Shown here in pieces: positions 60,879 through 64,000 of a DNA stretch of 64,000 nucleotides (positions are counted from its first letter, which is position 1; each line of letters begins with the position of its first letter). The stretch is from Podarcis erhardii (lineage: Eukaryota): the NCBI GenBank assembly GCA_964252035.1, contig OZ176204.1, one strand, 5' to 3'. The notes under the pieces were generated by a model. That model was given only the letters and a program-made list of their open reading frames with translations. It ran no database searches and was not told the origin of the DNA. The translations under genes were made by a program, and so were the position numbers.

Positions 60879-60947
60879 ATGGTGATGATCTTAACTACAA
60901 CTCTGGAAAACAAAGGTGCTGATTCTCTATCATGCAGGGCTGAGTTG
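60879..60947 (+). CDS. FAM53B: FAM53B (Simplet) first coding segment; exon 60703-60947, later exons lie beyond the window
   Basis: accATG GTG ATG ATC TTA ACT ACA ACT CTG GAA AAC AAA GGT GCT GAT TCT CTA TCA TGC AGG GCT GAG TTG|gtaaga gives MVMILTTTLENKGADSLSCRAEL, similar to mammalian MVMVLSESLSTRGADSIAC...REL as recalled. Strong acceptor ttctttttccag at 60702; synteny with EEF1AKMT2/ABRAXAS2. Confidence 0.88.
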
Positions 60948-61408
60948 GTAAGAGAGTTCATTTCACACCAACAGCTTAGTTTACTCTATCAGCCGTTTAT
61001 ATTCTTCAGAGTGCAGGGCTATCTCCTTTGGGGTAAAACAAATGGGACTCTTTCCTTAAAGCTCAATGTAATTATGCCAATGGGTGCACAAGAAGAACAT
61101 ACCTGTTTGGTGCTGCATATGTAGAGTCTTGTGTTTTAAAGGACAATGTTGGCTTACCTGCGCATTAGCTGTGCATAAGGGATCTTTGGTCTGGGAGTTC
61201 TGCAAGAGTAGGTACTGAGGACTTACTTTAATTGAGTCACTTGGTTTATGAAATGTCACATGGGTAAGCTCTTCTGGCCTGCTTAGCATCACATTTAAAT
61301 TTGACAGTATTCCCAGAGATGTTCATGATATGACTGCATTCAGACTTAACAGTTACCTGTTGAAACAACAGTTGTTGTTGATTTCATTTCTATACTATAA
61401 GAATAAGA

Positions 61409-61692
61409 ATTTATTATTTATACCCAGCCCATCTGGCTGGGTTTCCCCAGCCACTCTGGGCGGCTTCCAACAGAACACTAAAATACAATAACCTATTAAA
61501 CATTAAAAGCTTACCTAAACAGGGCTGCCTTCAGATGTCTTCTAAAAGTTTGGTAGTTATTTTTCTCTTTGACATCTGGTGGGAGGGTGTTCCACAGGGT
61601 GGGTGCCACTACCGAGAAGGCCCTCTGCCTTGTTCCCTGTAACTTGGCTTCTTGTAGCGAGGGAACCGCCAGAAGGCCCTCGGCACTGGACC
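61409..61692 (-). mobile_element. L2 LINE 3' end
   Basis: tttattatttatacc...ccactctgggcggcttccaaca...gagggtgttccacagggtgggtgccactaccgagaaggccc, typical of a lacertid L2 end. Confidence 0.8.
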
Positions 61693-61840
61693 ATCATGGT
61701 GTCTTCCAAAATGCTGATAGTGTGTATAATAATGCAAACAGAATTATGATGTGTCTTTCCCAAACTGTTCTGACTATAGAATTGTGGCTTTAGTGCCAAT
61801 TTTGACTTTTCTTGGCATTTTGTAAACCATTTGCTTAATA

Positions 61841-62078
61841 CACTGGTACTTCGGGCTACATACACTTCAGGTTACAGACGCTTCAGGTTACAGACTCCGC
61901 TAACCCAGAAATAGTACCTCGGGCTAAGAACTTTGCTTCAGGATGAGAACAGAAATCGTGCTCCGGCGGCACGGTGGCAGCAGGAGGCCCCATTAGCTAA
62001 AGTGCTTCAGTTAAGAACAGTTTCAGGTTAAGAACGGACCTCCGGAATGAATTAAGTACTTAACCAGAGGTATCACTG
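61841..62078 (-). mobile_element. Tigger/pogo-like MITE, same family as 32983-33212 but inverted
   Basis: TA|CACTGGTACTTCGGGCTA ... AACCAGAGGTATCACTG|TA; its reverse complement aligns end to end with 32983-33212. Confidence 0.9.
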
Positions 62079-63189
62079 TATTCTGGTTACTCGTTGTCCC
62101 AGAATTGGTTACTAGTGCAGATAATCTCATAAGAATTGGAGCAAAGCACACTTGGATCAAAAGAACTCCATCTTTCCATTCACAAAGGAAGGTTTTAGGA
62201 AGAGCGGAAATAGATAAATTAAACTTTTTGCTTATCCTAAGAAAAACAATTGTGGTTACAGATAATTTACTCCTTCCTTCCTAGTTTACTATAAGACCCA
62301 ACCCTTGTGAAATGGCAATTACGGTTAAAATAGGGAGAAATGTAGTTTCAAAACATTCTTCCTACTAACTCTCTCCCCCCCCCCATCTAAAACCAGTCTT
62401 CTAAATAATCATTTTATATTTGGATGCTCACACATCTAAATGTTATAAATACAGTTCTACAAAGACAAAATGCACACATTGTAAACATAAGGAATAATAT
62501 ATTTAAGTGAATAGATATGAGGGATTCATACATTTATGTGTATAAAAAGGCTTTCTTATTTACATGTAATCAGTAATAGCTGAATTTAACTGCTACCTAT
62601 TGACCTATTTTTTAAAAAAAAAGTGATCAAAGGTTCAAGACAACACCATCCCAGTGACATTCTCCCTTCTTTTGTATGCCATTATAGTTTCATACTTAAC
62701 TTTATAGATGTAGTTGAACTTGATAAATATAAATGTGTAAGTGTCATTTGTAGCAGGTTGTCTCAGAAAGTTGGGAGAATGAGGAAAGTTTTAATTGGAA
62801 ATATTTTACCAGTACATAGCTTAATAGGCATGAGCAGGAGAGGCATTGAATTAAGTCCAAGAGGGAAAGGAAGGTAATAGGCTTTGTTTTGACATTTGGT
62901 AAATGGCACCATTTCCCCCGCTTTAAGGTGATATTATTTGTTATCTTTGTGATATCAACCACCGTTAGCAATCCCTAACCCCATCTCAGGCCTATTTGCA
63001 TGCCTAGCAATCAATGTACTGCTTGATAATGGATGAAGTAAGGGCTGCTATGCTTAACAGGCCTGGAAAGAAAGTGCCAAGAATTAATGTGGCTGTACAG
63101 AGGAGAGGAACAATGATCACAACTGAGTAGCAGTGCAGGTCAGAGACAAATGTGAGCATCCCAAAAGATGGAAAGAAAAAGAAGCAGGA

Positions 63190-63192
<3 letters not shown>

Positions 63193-63234
<42 letters not shown>

Positions 63235-63236
63235 AA
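63193..63236. repeat. (GAAA)11 microsatellite
   Basis: Read directly. Confidence 0.95.
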
Positions 63237-64000
63237 AGTTGGGCAGGGGAGATGAAGGCCAAACCAGCTGAGGAGAGAGTAGGGATGGCATTGCTCATTC
63301 GCGATGCTACAACTCCTTCACATTTCAACACATGCTCCAGCATGTGTTTAAAATCTTGCACTCCAGAACTCTGGTAATTGATAGTAGAAATTATTCCTGA
63401 GTAGGATTGGACTCAGTTCAGCCCTTTGTGTAAATGTGCACAGGGTTGCAGCCTAAGTATTAGAATGTGTAAGATTCCATACAAAGAAAAAAAGCAAAAG
63501 TTATTGCGGAAACTTAGAAACTGTGGAAATACTTGCTTGATTGCAGGGCAGGGAATCTGCTTTGTTACTTCTAATGGGTTGTGGGTTGCATTCAACATAG
63601 TGCCAAAGCTAAGGTTCTGCCAGTGCAAGGATTTCTCCTTGAGTAATGGAGCATTGTTTCACACTCCTCTCCCCATGTGCTACCTAAATCTACTCTGGAA
63701 TTTTCTCCAACTCTCCAGAGTGGGGTTGGGGGGTAGTGGAGGGGGTGTGCTGGGGGTGTCCCATTGCACTAGTGGTAATCCTTGTGGGCGTGCAGATATT
63801 TTGTTGAATATCACCTTAAATAATTCTCTTTTTGCAAAGCAAGATTGGTCTGCTAGGGGGGAAAATAGAAAAGCAGAACAGAGATCAAGTACTTTGAATT
63901 TCATGGACATTACTAACATGTTGTGTTATTGGATACCAAACTGCAATTTGTTTCTGCTCTTCTTCTTTGAGTCATGAGGTGATGATATTGACAAAGGAGA

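Noticed and set aside
63426-63977. 183-aa ORF in the ORF track
   Set aside because: No recognisable FAM53B or other protein motifs, no splice context, and it starts in a degenerate repeat; treated as a chance intronic ORF.
28000-64000. Enrichment of TCF/LEF (ATCAAAG) sites in FAM53B introns
   Set aside because: The handful seen is about what a 7-mer gives by chance on both strands of AT-rich DNA.
60948-64000. FAM53B exon 3
   Set aside because: No segment encoding the expected HTPKKMSQGPTLFSCGIM-like peptide with splice sites was found; it presumably lies beyond the window.

Overview
Vertebrate genomic DNA from a squamate reptile, probably a lacertid lizard, judged from the Sauria SINEs and the MITE/CR1/L2 content. 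It holds the conserved ABRAXAS2 - EEF1AKMT2 (METTL10) - FAM53B block. ABRAXAS2 (FAM175B/ABRO1) exons 1-5 lie on the minus strand (12259->431; the 3' exons are outside the window). EEF1AKMT2 is complete on the plus strand (6 coding exons, 12933-19524, 218 aa), head-to-head with ABRAXAS2 across a 673-bp CpG-island promoter carrying a ZNF143-type motif, and appears to use a GC-AG intron. FAM53B probably starts in a second CpG island (~27.1-28.0 kb); after a ~33 kb intron its first coding exon is at 60703-60947. The rest is intron or intergenic sequence rich in repeats: Tc1/mariner and hAT MITEs, Sauria and other tRNA-derived SINEs, and CR1 and L2 ends. The most unusual items are: (1) a full-length, TSD-flanked 1.87-kb non-autonomous L1-type (HAL1-like) retroposon carrying one intact 209-aa ORF with no RT or endonuclease; (2) a palindromic Penelope-like insertion folded back on what looks like a hammerhead-ribozyme stem, nested in a SINE; (3) a uORF-dense FAM53B start exon whose circularised form would encode a >360-degree 83-aa ORF. 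No prokaryote-type systems (CRISPR, operons) are present. All family assignments are by eye and from memory; no database search was run.
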